From: Nageia nagi
Lineage: Eukaryota > Plantae > Pinophyta
Length of the DNA: 64,000 bases
Assembly (NCBI GenBank): GCA_050084985.1
Contig: JBITNC010000001.1
Span: 150,660,001 to 150,724,000 of the forward strand
Direction: 5' to 3'
A program made the position numbers and the translations under genes. Every line of letters begins with the position of its first letter. Position 1 is the stretch's first letter. Below the pieces are notes generated by a model, which was not told the DNA's origin, did not search any database, and was given only the letters and a program-made list of their open reading frames with translations. Below are positions 32,996 to 46,706 of this stretch, piece after piece.

Positions 32996-35900
32996 CTCTT
33001 GATTTTAAAACTACATTTTATGGCATTAATCTCAAATTGTGCTGTATATGGGCTAATGAAAAATACTTTGGTTGTTTTCTGTTAATATGAACTTTATTAT
33101 CATTGTTCTATGTCTAGCAGTGATTTGTATTTAATTTTTTAATTCTCGATGTTGTAACTTGTGTTATGATTTATGCCTAAGGATTGCACTTTTTTTTTAA
33201 GGACTAATAACACGTTATTAATTTTGTCAAGGACTTGTATCTTCTGTTATAGAAAATCGCATTTTGCAATATTAATGATGATTGTAAAGTGCAATTCAAG
33301 CAAGTACATGAAAAAGGATATATAATTTCGAAATAAAATAGATTAAATGCAGTACCTCTGAAATCTAATTTTGCCTTCATGCAAAACAAACATCACCTTC
33401 ATGCCATTTTATATTGAAGCACATTATCATCTAAGAATTAAGAACACAATTTATAAAGCAAATAGATAATTTTCATTAGTTCTTTTTAATATTATACATT
33501 CTTTTATCGTATAATCATTTGAGATTGTTTTACTATATACTTAGAGCAGTGTATTGGCTTGCCAAACTATTGCAATTTTCATAAGAGAGGTTTTTCTAGT
33601 AAAAAATGGTGAAATACAATCCGATTTTCTCAAAACTGATTTCGTTTTTAATGTTAAAATATATGCAAACTTGATAGCAGTCAAGAGAATGAAAGGTTGA
33701 ACTGAATAAAAATGATATTTGATGATAGAGCTCAAAACATTTGTTAGTGTATTTCTTAATTTCCTCTTTCATTTAATCTTTCAATAGTATTACATATTTT
33801 TAGTATTGGCTTTTGATATCTTTGTTTTATTTTTAAAGTTCAAGATTTGTCACATTATATCAGACTTATAATATAAATAGACTAGTATTTGTTAAGAAAC
33901 TTTGGCAATATTTGAATGGAAACAGCCTATTTTTGTGAAACTCAGACTACAACAATAATAGTTGGGATTGAAAAATTTAAATAGCTTGGATTTAAAATTG
34001 CATTAAAAATTATTGATTTTTATTTAGTTATTTGCTTTCATTTCGATAAGAATATGTTCATAAAAAAAATTAAACATCAAATGTATTAATATATATACAA
34101 AAATAATCAACATTATTTTTAGTTCATAAATTCAAAAATTATATTCAAGTCCATATGTATGGCATATGACATATGTGACAAAAGAACAATTTTACAAATA
34201 AGACCATTAAGTGCCCATCATCTTCTTCTTCTTCCCCTTAAATGTGGTAATTCTTTTCTTATCGTTGCCTTATATATTCTTGTCCCATGCTTTAATTATA
34301 CAAAAGAAAATCCCTCTAAAGGGATGGTTTAACAATGGTGTTTGAGTATTATATCAATCCATTGAAGGATCGATCTTGGGTTCATCATATTTTCGCTCAT
34401 GGGCTTTCGAAATATCCCAAATTAAGAAAATACAAAATTATTGCAAAATTTTTCTAATCCAAAGTGAAAAATAGAATAAATTATAGATCTTCCCAAAAAG
34501 TTTATTGTAGTCTGGAATTACATATTTAATTAAGGAAATTGTATATTTGTTTAGAAAGATTATTGTAGTTTGGATTTATAGATATAATAATTAAATTGCA
34601 AATTTACCCAAAAAGATTATTGCAAACTAGATTTATAGATTTAATTATTATAACAATCTAGAAGTACAAAATAATGCAAGAACCAAAAAATTGACCCCAA
34701 GGGTAGGACGTCTAGCTTAAGACTATATCTATGCACAAAACTCACTATAAAATCCTAGAAAGGTGATGTTACACTGCTAGGGCCTCAAACCCTCATATGT
34801 GAAATTTGAATTGTACCACAACACTCCCACAAGTTGGACGAATTGTTGAAGGACCTACAACTATCGGATTTGAACCTCAAATTGCCACCAGAAGAATAGA
34901 CTTGAGGTTTTTTGTCCTTAATCCTTGGACCTAAGAGGGTTTTCGCCCTTTAAACCACTCTCTTATAGGTTTTTTTCCATAAGTAGCTAGATATTGACCT
35001 TGCAACCAAGTATCAAAAGGGATAATTGATGATGGACAAAAGATGTCTTCCAAATGGTGCACACCACTCCTTTATAGATGGGCGTCCCACCTTGGATATC
35101 ACAATGGACCTTTTAGATTACAACAATCACTCCTTGAGATCCCAATTACAACATTACAATTGAGAGCGTTAAATAATGCTTCATAAATATAAAAACACAC
35201 CTAGATGCAAGAAAACACTCCTAACTATCCCAAGAAGGGAGATGTCCTATGTTGGCCAAGTTATACATTAAAATATGACAAATAAATGGGACCCACCACT
35301 TAGGAATTTTACAACGCCCTCCCAAAGCCTCATAATGCCTTATTGGGCCCACCACAACCTAAGAAGACTCAAAGATATTTTAAAATACTCCTAAAATTAT
35401 CAAAACACATCTAGAAATTCACAAGAGGATGACCTTCCTTTCCCTAACCAAATCAAGTTTGGGATGCATCAAAAGAATAGGAATGCAAAAAGGAGACATT
35501 ACAAGTCTTCCCTCACCCAAAATTGCTTGTCCTCAAGCAATTCTAAACCACATGATCAACTTTTTCAACAACATCTTCAATGTCTTGTTCCTCTCCATCA
35601 TCAATATCAAATTTTGGTTTCACATCATCAACATGTCGAGATATTATCTTCCAAGTATCCTTTGATGGAAGGGAAACATTAAGATCCATACATGTTGCTA
35701 TTGATATTGAAATTGTCCATCTACATGAGAGTATAATACCCCAACAACAAAGCAATCACTATATTCTTGAAAAACTATCTTCACCACATCATTGTCATCT
35801 TTCATGTCTTGCAAATAAGCATATATGAAAGCTATTAACTTATGCACATGCATATCAGTCCTTCTCATTGCAACAAACTCGATTCCAAATGCCTAAGAGT

Positions 35901-37249
35901 ATGTCATCCAATCCATCGTAAAAATCACAGCCACTACAATGAACATCATGCCAATTGTTGGCCTAATCATCATGAAGATTGCAACTAAAGCTAACAAGAA
36001 TGCAGTCTCAAAGACCATCTGAAATACCGCCCCAAACAATGTGAACAAAGTAGCTCCTTTATCCTAACACCTTGATGGTTAGGTGCTTGGATGCACCATA
36101 AATTGTGGCCAAGGCACCACCACTTGCATCCCTAGTTCTTTGGAGTCGACTTCCTAAATATATTTGTCTTGGATCTAGTTGTCCCAAAAATGTTTGTCCT
36201 AGATCTGGCCATCCCCAATCCTCCATATCTGACTCCTCTCCATCTGAAACCACCTCAACATAGTGGATCTAATCTTTTCCAAGGCAACAACGAACAGGTT
36301 ACCACAAATTTTTGCAAGTGAAGCACAACTTCTTCCTCCTCAAGTTATTTTGTGTGGCCTCATCCATCTTCTTGGTTGTTCATGGTAGTTGACTCCTCCC
36401 AAGATGGGAAGAACTCCTCTTAGAGTAGGACACACTCTTCTGCAAAGGTTAAGATGCTCCATATCTAGGTGGAATGTTGGATATGGATCTCATCATGGAT
36501 TGCTCTAAGATCAATGCCCTCTTGATGGAATCCTACAAGATAGTAGGTAGGGTTTTTTTTAGCCATGAATCTTCATTTATAAGAGAAAATTAAGATTTAT
36601 AGGATTTGAATTTTCAAATTTGCTATAAATTTAACATTAATTAAAATGTTAAAATGTGATTTTCCTTTTATTTGCAACAATAAATGATCAGAATTGTCAT
36701 AATTTTATAATCAAATTTTTAAAATTGAACACAATTGCCAAAATATTATAAATAACTTTAAAATATGAATTCCTAAACTTAGTGAAGAAAAAATATATTA
36801 TTCGTTGGATTTTGAGAAGAACCAATCTTAAAATTTAAATCCTTAAACTAAACTGTGAAACCTTAAAAGATAAAACGAATTCCTAAAAGCATAAATTAGA
36901 GCTTTTAGACATAAGAGTAATACTCAAAAACCCTAAACGTCAAAGATATTTTTATTTGGAACATAAAGCTTAAACTTTTCTATAGTTCTTGCAACTCTCT
37001 ACAGAGAATCTACAGCGAAAAGGTGAGTTGACTTCATTTTAAATGGTTGTGTATTTTATTTGTTATCACATGTTACATCATTTACCCTTTTTATTTTTTA
37101 TGAAGCAGCTTAAAATATGTGTTGCACGTCCACTGGCTTCATTTTGAAATCTACTTTAACTTTGAGGCCCAAATTCAAGTATTTTATTAAAGCTTTTCAA
37201 TAGTTTTTTCAACATTATATTTTCAGCGATTTGGTTGCAAAGCGAAACC

Positions 37250-37745
37250 ATTCAACAATATTTACTACCAGTTGGTTGCAAACATAAGCGTCGGGTGCAA
37301 ATGTTATCAATGGATTCAATTCAACAAGTAGGCCATTACATTTGCAATTGAATGGCTACAAAATGTAATCGAACGACTGCATGTGTAGCCAAACAACTAC
37401 ACTTTCAACCAAATGGCTACATTTGCAACCATTTGATTGTGACATGCAGTGATTCGGCTATGAAACATAGTTAGTTGTCTAGGAAATGCAATCATTTAGC
37501 TAGAAATGTAGTCGTTCAGTTGAAAATGCAATCATTCGATTTAATTTTATAACTGTTCAATTGCATTTGTAATCGAACAATTGTAAATAGAGTTGAATGA
37601 TTGCATTTGTAGTCATTCAACTGCAAATGCAATCATTTGACTCCATTTGTAGCATTTGTAGTCATTCAACTGCAAATGCAATCATTTGACTCCATTTGTA
37701 ACTGTTTTGTTCCATTTGTCACCATTGAGTTGCATTTAAAATCGT
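37250..37745. repeat. Degenerate ~21-bp subterminal minisatellite
   Basis: Recurrent tgcaa(t/c)catt...ttgca units; a 49-bp duplication at ~37603/37652. Confidence 0.65.
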
Positions 37746-37936
37746 TCGGTACTTATTAGGAGCATTTATTTAAATATGTACTAAAATATTTGAGATAATT
37801 ATTAGATGTTTGAAGTTCTGATTTTATTTGAAAATATATATGGATCTTTACACACTTGAAAATAATACTCGATAGCCACATCTTCTAAGTATTCAAAAAA
37901 TGGAAGTAAAATTAAAATGCTTAAAATCTTTATTAG

Positions 37937-39385
37937 TTGGTTCTTGTTAATTTAAAAAATATTGCTAAGATGGATGATAATGCAATAGTTGTAACATTAA
38001 TTTGTGTTGGTGTTGTAGTCATGCATGGTCTAAGGAGTGATCTTTGTGTGAGATTGCAAACAACAGTTGTTTCGTATATGATTCCTATTCATTGTATGGC
38101 TCATAGAATGAATCTAACATATAAAATTGTTAGAACATTTGACAATGTAAGGAATCTTGAAAATCTTATACTTGAGCTTCATGCTTATATAGCAAATAGT
38201 TTTGAAAAGATTTAGAGAATTTTAGAATTTTGCATTGGGACTTACTTATGGTAAAAAATTACTAAATGATGTTGAAATTAGATGAATTTCTTTTTATGAG
38301 CTTACACGTAAGTTACTTAGTGAATATCAATCATTAACAATGTATATATATCAAAATAGAAGAGCAATCGATAAAAAAACAAATTTATTGGTTTGATAAA
38401 TTTAGAAACATTGTTGACATTAACAGGTATCATTCCTATGCTATAAGAGGTGTGTTTGATCAAACATGCTCAACAAAGGTCTATATATATAGACGATTTT
38501 ATACATTTGAGAAAAGAGTTTGCTTATCATTGGATATGTTATATTATTCAGATGATAGTTTCAACGGTCCTCATTTTGAGCAGTGGAAAATTTTAATAGA
38601 TTTGAAATATCGAAAAATGTTATTTGAAATTTGATATTAGATATTACCTTTGTATCATTGTTCATGGTAAGGAAATAGCAATGCATATCTTCCATAAATG
38701 ATTGGATTTAGTATGTGCAGAATATGAAGAGGTCAAAGTAAAAAAAATATTTTTGATAAATCCATACTTGAAATCAAAATGAAGTTAAGGAACATTGCCA
38801 AATCATTATCCATAAAAATCATAGAGTATTTTCAAAGAGATGATTTACTTGAAGCTATGAGCATTGTGAATCTTTATTTTAGAATATAGATAATGGCAAA
38901 GAATATATAAGCACCTCTTTTGTAAGAAATTAGAAATTCCTACTCATTTCTTCAAATTTGTAGAATTTAATAATGTAAAGGTTGATGGTATTTTAAACAA
39001 AGATTTGTTAATGAAATAGTTGAATCACTTTGGATTGACTATGATTTAACAATACTGCTATCTATCAGAACCAATAGAGAGTTATGTTATAATTCATTTG
39101 TGGAAAAATATTTATCTCAGTATTGTGTTACAGAAAGGGATCAATGACTATTTCAAATTGTATGAGTTATGTCAAACTATGATTTTGGGCTCAGTAGAAG
39201 ATGAAAGATTATTTAGTGCATTATCTTTTATTAAATCAAAACAAATGAACAAGTTAGACAACCACTTGGACAATTGCTTAAGACTGTATGTTTCACATTA
39301 CTCTATGAACAATTTTCCCATGGATAGAGTCGGGACAATTTGTAGATCTATATCAAAAAGGAGAAGTGTCAACAATAGAGCATGA
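37937..39385 (+). pseudogene. Decayed hAT (ZNF862-like) transposase
   Basis: VVMHGLRSDLCVRL...IPIHCMAHRMNL (CxxH motif) and MILGSVEDERLFSALSFIKSKQMNKLDNHLDNCLRL (dimerisation domain); many stops. Confidence 0.85.
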
Positions 39386-42300
39386 TCAAATGTTGATATT
39401 AGCAATAACATTGAATGTGTCTAACAATTGATACCAATAGTCAAGGCAAACAAAAAGGATCATAGTGATGAAAATTTATTCCAACTATATGGATTGTAGG
39501 TATTTTTTTAGATTTCTTTATCAACTTTTAGTGTCAAACAACATTTTGAAATCAATTTTATGTTATTTTTTAATTTCGAAAATAGCTTGAAATTTTGTTT
39601 TATTTCAAATTGAAATTATTTTTATCTCAACTCTTGATGTATAACAATATTTTGAAATTAATTTTATCTCAATTCTTGATGTCTAACAACATTTTGAAAT
39701 CAATTTTAAACCTTTTGAAATGCTTGTAATGTGATGTTTGGTTTACTTCTACTAGCTTTAGTTGATGCATCTGATTATAAGATTCTACCAAATGGTAGCA
39801 TTTTTCTTCAAAAAATTTGTGGTTCTTCGCGTAGAGGGGACGTCGCATTTGTGGCAGCATGAGGGTCTGCAACGTCAGGCTGGTCAACATTGATGCAGAG
39901 TGTGAACTTGGGGGTCGTTTGCATGCTGGTGAAGTTTGTGGAGTGGAGAGAGGTTGGGGTGCAATGGCAGGAAGAATCCGCAATGTCCACACAAGTCTAG
40001 AGGAGGTGTCCTCTTCAGCTTCATACGCATGTTTAAGAAGTATATTATAAGAATTTTGTTAAAAATTAAATAGGTATAAAAATGATGTTTTTAGTTATGT
40101 AAATATAAGATAAATATTTTTATTAAAGATGTTAGTTTGTTTTAGCATTGAAAATATTTTTGAAGTATTTTGCGAAAACATTCTTATATTTCCTTCCTTC
40201 AAGAATAATCTCGATTTAGGAAGGTCTAAAGGTTTCACAAGGTGTGTTCTAACGAGGAAACTTTTTTTGTTATGGGTTAGGGTTTAAGGGATTGTGGGAT
40301 TTCCTTTTTTGTTGAAATTGATATAGTATTTATTTTTAAAAAATATAATGGTAATTTTATTTTATGGTTAATATTTTATTGTTCTAAGTTATATTAGAAG
40401 GGTTTTCTTTATTAATTTTTTTTGGGTTAAAATGTAATTATGATTTTGAATCATATGAAATTTTCTTTTGAACTTTGTATTAATTTTATTGATTATATAA
40501 AATAATGTTGATTCTATTAAACATTTTTTTAAAAATTAAAAATAAATTTAATTCATTATATAAATTATAAAATAAACTAATATATGTAGATGGATAAAAT
40601 ATATTAGGATAAAAGAAAGAGTAAGTTGTAAATTTTGAAATCTCTTACTAACTACTAATTTTAAAAGAATGTTAAAAGATTTATTTTATATATTTAACTT
40701 GACATTAATGTTTGTAGATGATTAAAAAAGGTTAATAGAATTGTAGAAAAATACACATTATGATAATCATTTGTTACTCATTTTTGTAACCTCATGAAAT
40801 TTAGATTTCATAATGGTTTTTTTATCATTCCTTCAAAGAATGGTAGTCTCAAATAAGTTGGTGTTTGCTCATGTTAGATGAATTAAGAAAAATTAGGTTT
40901 TGAAAACTCACTTGTAACTAGGGTGATGGAGTGAAGTATATTTTTTTGGCTTGAATGGATCTTGAAAGTATAATAACTAAAACACTCTCAATCCAAGCCC
41001 AACTAAAGTGTCTCAAACTAGATCCCCAAACTTCACATCCATGAAGCAGAGTTGGAGAGATAAGCCCATGGAAGAATTTGATTTTTCCTATGATAGCTTG
41101 AAATTGGAATTGAAAATGTTCTATCTCGAGTGAAATAGTTGTAGCCTAGCCTTTATTCAATTGATTTTGTAAAGCTAGGATCAAGTTGAAAGTAGGACAT
41201 GTGAAGAACTACCCTTGGGAAGTAAGGTGGATTTTGGAAGCATATAGGATAAGACAAGAGTATTTTATCATCCTTTTAAACCCATTGATTTGTAGGACCT
41301 GTAAAAGTTTGTCTAGAAGTAAATATATGTCAATTAAGTAATGAAATATTGTAATGATATGAATTGTTATCAATGCTATATTTAGGAAATTTTAGTTTTT
41401 AGGAATAGCCTTTTTTCCCATAATTTTTTTCTTGGTTTTTGGAATAGCCATTTTTACTATACAACCTTCTATAGGAATAGCCAACCTACTAATCATAAGT
41501 GAATCGGAATAGCCTTTTTTATATAATTTGAAATTATAATTTTTCTTAAAATGAACCCTACCGGTAGCATAATGCTACCATTGCAAGAACATTGTATACA
41601 TACTATTCAAATAAAAATATCATAATAACAAAAGCTTTTCCAAAAAAATAGTATCATAGAGTTTTCGAAAAAAATATCATAATATGCATTTTAACAAACA
41701 ATATACATACTACTCAAATAAAAATATCTAATAACATAGGCTTTGCCAAAAACGTATCATAGAATTCATGTCACAAATAATTCACCTACTACATTAGAAA
41801 GAGAAAATACACATTTCAACATACCAATATCCATACTTTTCATATCCAAAGTTCATAACATAGTTTTTTAAAAAATAAGCATGCAATAAAAATGCATTGC
41901 ATCAAGTTGTATATTAAATACTCATATGCATTACAGTAGTTTAGGTTTGAATAACCAACAAGTTCTCCAACAAAGTACTATAAAATTCATAATTACCACC
42001 AACAGGTCTCCTAGATGATTGAGGCATATCAACTTGCATAGAATCTTTGTTTGTAACCCTTGCAACAATAAGGTCTTTAGCTACTGCATTTATATTTTCC
42101 AATACACATCTTTCTTCAATGATAGCACTACCAAGATCCATAATGGTTGGATCTTCTTCAATAATTCTTTGTGTTATATTTTCTATATCCATTCCATTGG
42201 CCTTGAGCCAATTTTTTATTTTGTTGTTGATCATATTCACTTTAACGTTTGTTTCCTTCATCTCAATCACATTTTGAACACTCTATCATGCTTTTTTTAG

Positions 42301-44789
42301 ATGAAGATTGAAGACATTTACTTTATTTTTTAATATTTCATATTTTTGTCTACAATGTAAAAGAACAAATACTATTTTAGAAATGTAGATAGACTTTACT
42401 TAAAAGCTAAAAGGTTTTTAGCTAATTGAATGATAAATGATAAAATGCCAAAAAATTGAAACTTGCATCATCTTTTTCTTTCTCTACATTCACAATTTCA
42501 ACAAGGCCTTTATTTCTACTCTTGTTGAAATAGGTTTGTACCTCATCATTGAAAATATTCAAATTATCTTATACTGAGTTGATAATCTGATCATTATAAT
42601 CCTTGCTAACAAAAATCAAACCATATTGAGCTTGACTAAATAAAGATTCAATCTTTGGTAGCTCTTTAGCTACTTTTTAATAAAGAATCAATCCTTCTAT
42701 ATGATTTTTGAATCTAGATTTAATCTCCTACATAAAAACCTTTCCTCTATATTCCTACTTTTTAAGTGTTTCAACATCTTTAAAATTATTGAAATAAACT
42801 AAGCATTGACCCCCTATCAAACTACTCATAGAAAACTCAATATCAACCTATTCACCTGATGCTTCAAGGTCATCCTAGGGAGGGGAACTTGATGTTGCAG
42901 GTTTCTATTATGGTTGTGACTTTGGTTGACTCTATATCATCTAGTGCATTTCATGCATTTTTACGAAGAACATCCTTCCATGAACTAAGATTTGGAAAAT
43001 CTAAAATTTATGATATTGCTTGATTAAATTTATGTGATCTTAATTCAACAATAATTGTTATTCGCTTTCCTCTTCTCTTCACTGGTCTTAGTGATGGAGG
43101 CGGGGGTGTCACTTTACGTTGCATTGAAATTGGTGATTGCAACCAACATAAGATTAATAAACATTACAAAAACCAAATATTCTTAAATATTTCTAATGAT
43201 GAAATAGATTACCTTCTTGTTGTTATTTAGGGGTTATTGTTGTAGTGGGGATTCTTGCTATTTTGAGGGTTATGTAACCACTAGAAGTATTATTTGATGT
43301 TATTTGAACATGGACTTGTGTAAGTTGAACATCAACACCACCAGATGGATTACATGATGGTACATCAAAATCAGCCTTATCACCTTGTTCATTTCCAGAA
43401 ACTCCCAAACCTAAGAAACATGTAAATGTTTATATTTCAAAGTTTAAAAAAACTACCATTTAAAAATATAAAATTCTAAAAAACTCAATCTATTTGAAAA
43501 ATTATATACATGTTGATGTTTCTCTTATTGGAGAAGGTCCTAAAGAATTCTTCATCATTTTTCTTTGCTAAAATCATGGAGAATCCTTAACATTTGTATT
43601 TGAATCTCCTTTGCCTTCTAATCTATACTCTTTAATTCCCATCTCTCACCTCTTTACTTGTGATTCTAACTTGTTCTAACCAAAACCATTGTGAATATAT
43701 GTTAGAAGTATCAAAACTATGAATTTAAATTATAATTGAAAATAAATGATAATTCCAAACCTCTAGCTCTACTTATGAAAGAGAGTCTTGGGCCATTATA
43801 GGGCAACTTATGGTCAGAATAGCTAAACCTTTCATATCATAAAATTCTTTATAGTACAATGTTAATAAATAGTTGGTCATATAATTAGATTTATTTTTTT
43901 CAATGCCTCAATCAAATCGTATTTAATGCAATCATAAATAAATGTGGCCTAATCAAACCTTTTTTATTAAGTGTATGAACAACATAACAGACAGAACAAA
44001 AGGGTACATTGACAAATCTTCCTTACAAAACTATATGAGCCTAAAATAATTCTAAAATGGTTTGGAGGAAAAAAAATTCAACATTTTTGATTGCCAAACA
44101 CCTTAATCCATGTTTCTTTGTAAAATTATCAATAAAATAATTAATTGTAATTAAAAATCAAACTAAAAAAATATTATTGCATAAATTAAGCATACCTGGT
44201 ACATCCAAATAGAGTTGGTAACAAGATGTAAGGTATTTTCTATGAATGTCATCAAAATTAGAAATATTTATAATTATGTTGTCAGTAATGTTGATTAGAA
44301 GTCCTATCAAATGATTGATATCAGCATAAGATATACCAAATGAAAACTACTTTATTATGATATCCACATTGAAAATTATCATCTCAATGTTGTAATAACT
44401 TATCAGATAGTTAAGAAAATGGATGTCCATATCGTACTATGGCATGCAAATGACACCATAAAAATATATAGCATTAACCCATTTTATGGACACATTAGGC
44501 TTCTCTAATTCTAAAATAATGGATAGGAAAATTAGATTATTGTAAATGAAGTGGTCTGAAAAGAGAAAGATATCTTATAGGCAAGCCTATAACCTATGAA
44601 ATGAAAGGATGAGGTGAGGTGGGAAACCTATAAATCAAGAGGATTCGATGAACTGGGAAAGTGAAACAAGTTGACCAAATGAAGAAACTTTCCCCAAATG
44701 GTTATTTATAGAACCTGCTATGTAACACATTAATTTCTATTTATGATAAGTGTACAATTGATGCCTCAATTCTATTGGTAGTAACATGG

Positions 44790-45235
44790 AATCAATGGGT
44801 TACACCTTTTGGATGGATACTACAACCAATTGGTTCCATGATGCAATTGGTCAGTTGTAGCATACAACCATTCGAGCATGGAGCTGAATGGTTGCATGCT
44901 ATAGCTAAACAGTTACATATTGGAGACGAATGGTTTCATTCTATAATCATTCAACTATAAAATGTAATCATTTAATTGTAGTATGTAGCTATTTGATAGC
45001 AATATGCAACCATTCAATCATAGTATGTATTTGTTTGGTTGTAGGATGCAATCATTCAGTTGTAGTATGTAGCTATTTGATTGCATTATGCAACCATTCA
45101 ATCATAGTATGTATTTGTTTGGTTGTAGGATGCAATCATTCAGTTGTAGGATACAACCATTCAGATGCATCCTACAATTGTTCAATTGCATCCTACAATG
45201 ATTCAACTACATCCTACAACTAAATGAATGCATAC
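44790..45235. repeat. 21-bp minisatellite with an 84-bp higher-order duplication
   Basis: 7-aa periodic ORF 44930..45223; ttgtagtatgtagctatttga at 44976 and 45060. Confidence 0.8.
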
Positions 45236-46437
45236 TTTTCATTGAATGAATTTGAAAAAAAATTATTATTAAATTCACCATTTTTTACATTTTTTTAACT
45301 CCAATTTTAATTTCCCATCATTCCTATACCCTTATCTGTCAATTTTGTCATGTTTTTAATTTGAATCACCATCATTTATATAATTGAAATTGATAAATGT
45401 GGTCTTAAAAAAATTGGTAATAGGAGGGAAAACTTTCACCATACCCATTAATGACTCAAGAAAACCCTCCATAAACAAGAAAGTCACTCGCTTCTCAGAG
45501 ATGTTAGGCACCATCTCTAAGATTTGTTGGAACTCTACAATATAGGAATAAACCATGCTCTTTTTCCTAATAGAAGGTAGATCTTAAAAATACTCATCCA
45601 TGTCCTTTTGATCAAAATAATCTAGGATCCTCTTACTAATCTCATTAAAAGTTTGGATGGAACTATGGAATTGTGTGATCAATACATGATGACACTAGTC
45701 ATACGCAACTCCTTCCATGTGTAAAATTGTAAATTGAATTGCATCCTCCAACATAGGGCTAAGACTGAAGTATGTTTATAATTTTTACAACCATGCTCTA
45801 GTCATCATCTTCTCTCCACTATCATACAACATAACTTGCATTATACTAAGCTTTTATTATATTTATGATCATTTCTCCTCTCTTTGATTGCCTCCTAGAA
45901 AATGGTTTTCACTTACTCTCTTCCCCAATATCTTTAAGTAACTTTAAAAGTTAAATGAAGCCTTGAAATCTTTTGCATTACCTTAATATTATTGGAATAG
46001 AATATTTAACTCTAAAGGGATCAGAAAATTCAAATTAGCTTATTTTCTAGGAAGGAACATGGGCTTGTTTGTCCTAGGAAGTGATGGTGGCTGAATAGGT
46101 GTATTCCTAGTCTAATTCTCTCCTACTAGATTTGGTGTCAACCCATGAAATACTAGATGAGTAGATATTACCTTGGCCAAACTTTCTCCTAGAGATGGTT
46201 GAATGATTCCTCAATCTAAATTGGTAAGCAATTATTCCATCATGTCAAGCAGAGCATAAATTTTTCTTTCATCCCTATTATTATTATTTTTAGTCTCATC
46301 TCTCTAATCATGCATCTCTCCCTCCTCATACATATCTCCCATTAGGTCCATTCTCTCTTTTGGTTGGATCTCAAGGTTGGGATTCAACTTATTTCTCCTT
46401 AGATAGTATTAATGAGTATTATAATACATCAATATAT

Positions 46438-46706
46438 TGTTATGAACCGTTACACCAAAAGTTTGACCTGTTAGTGAATCCACACACCCAAGATCTTAAC
46501 ATTCCACCACGCTCCGCATCTGACGTCCTCGACGGCTCTCACTTGTGGCGGCTCCTACTCTAGTCTTCTCTAGGTAGCCCTTTCCATAGTAGCCCTTTCC
46601 AGGGATTCGAACTTAGGATGTATGACCTGCTCTGATACCAAATGTTATGAACCATTACACCAAAAGGTCGACTTGTTAGTGAATTCGTACACCCAAGATC
46701 TTAACA
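46438..46706 (-). mobile_element. Complete 269-bp miniature LTR retrotransposon (TRIM/SMART-like)
   Basis: 64-bp LTRs at 46438-46501 and 46643-46706 (57/64 identical, TGTTA...TAACA); PBS TGGTATCAGAGC (46629-46640, minus); purine-rich PPT ggagcgtggtggaa; TSD TATAT on both sides. Confidence 0.93.

Larger units (their letters stand above)
36548..45416 (+). mobile_element. ~8.9-kb hAT-like DNA transposon inserted into the Gypsy gag
   Basis: The gag frame breaks at VKVFP-PIT and resumes PTIL*DSIKRA. TSD-like atagtagg/gtaatagg; starts TAGGGTTTT; contains a hAT transposase remnant. The right terminal inverted repeat (TIR) is degenerate. Confidence 0.65.

Noticed and set aside
44930-45223. Cys-rich 97-aa ORF as a metallothionein-like or repeat protein
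   Set aside because: It is the translation of a 21-bp minisatellite inside a transposon.
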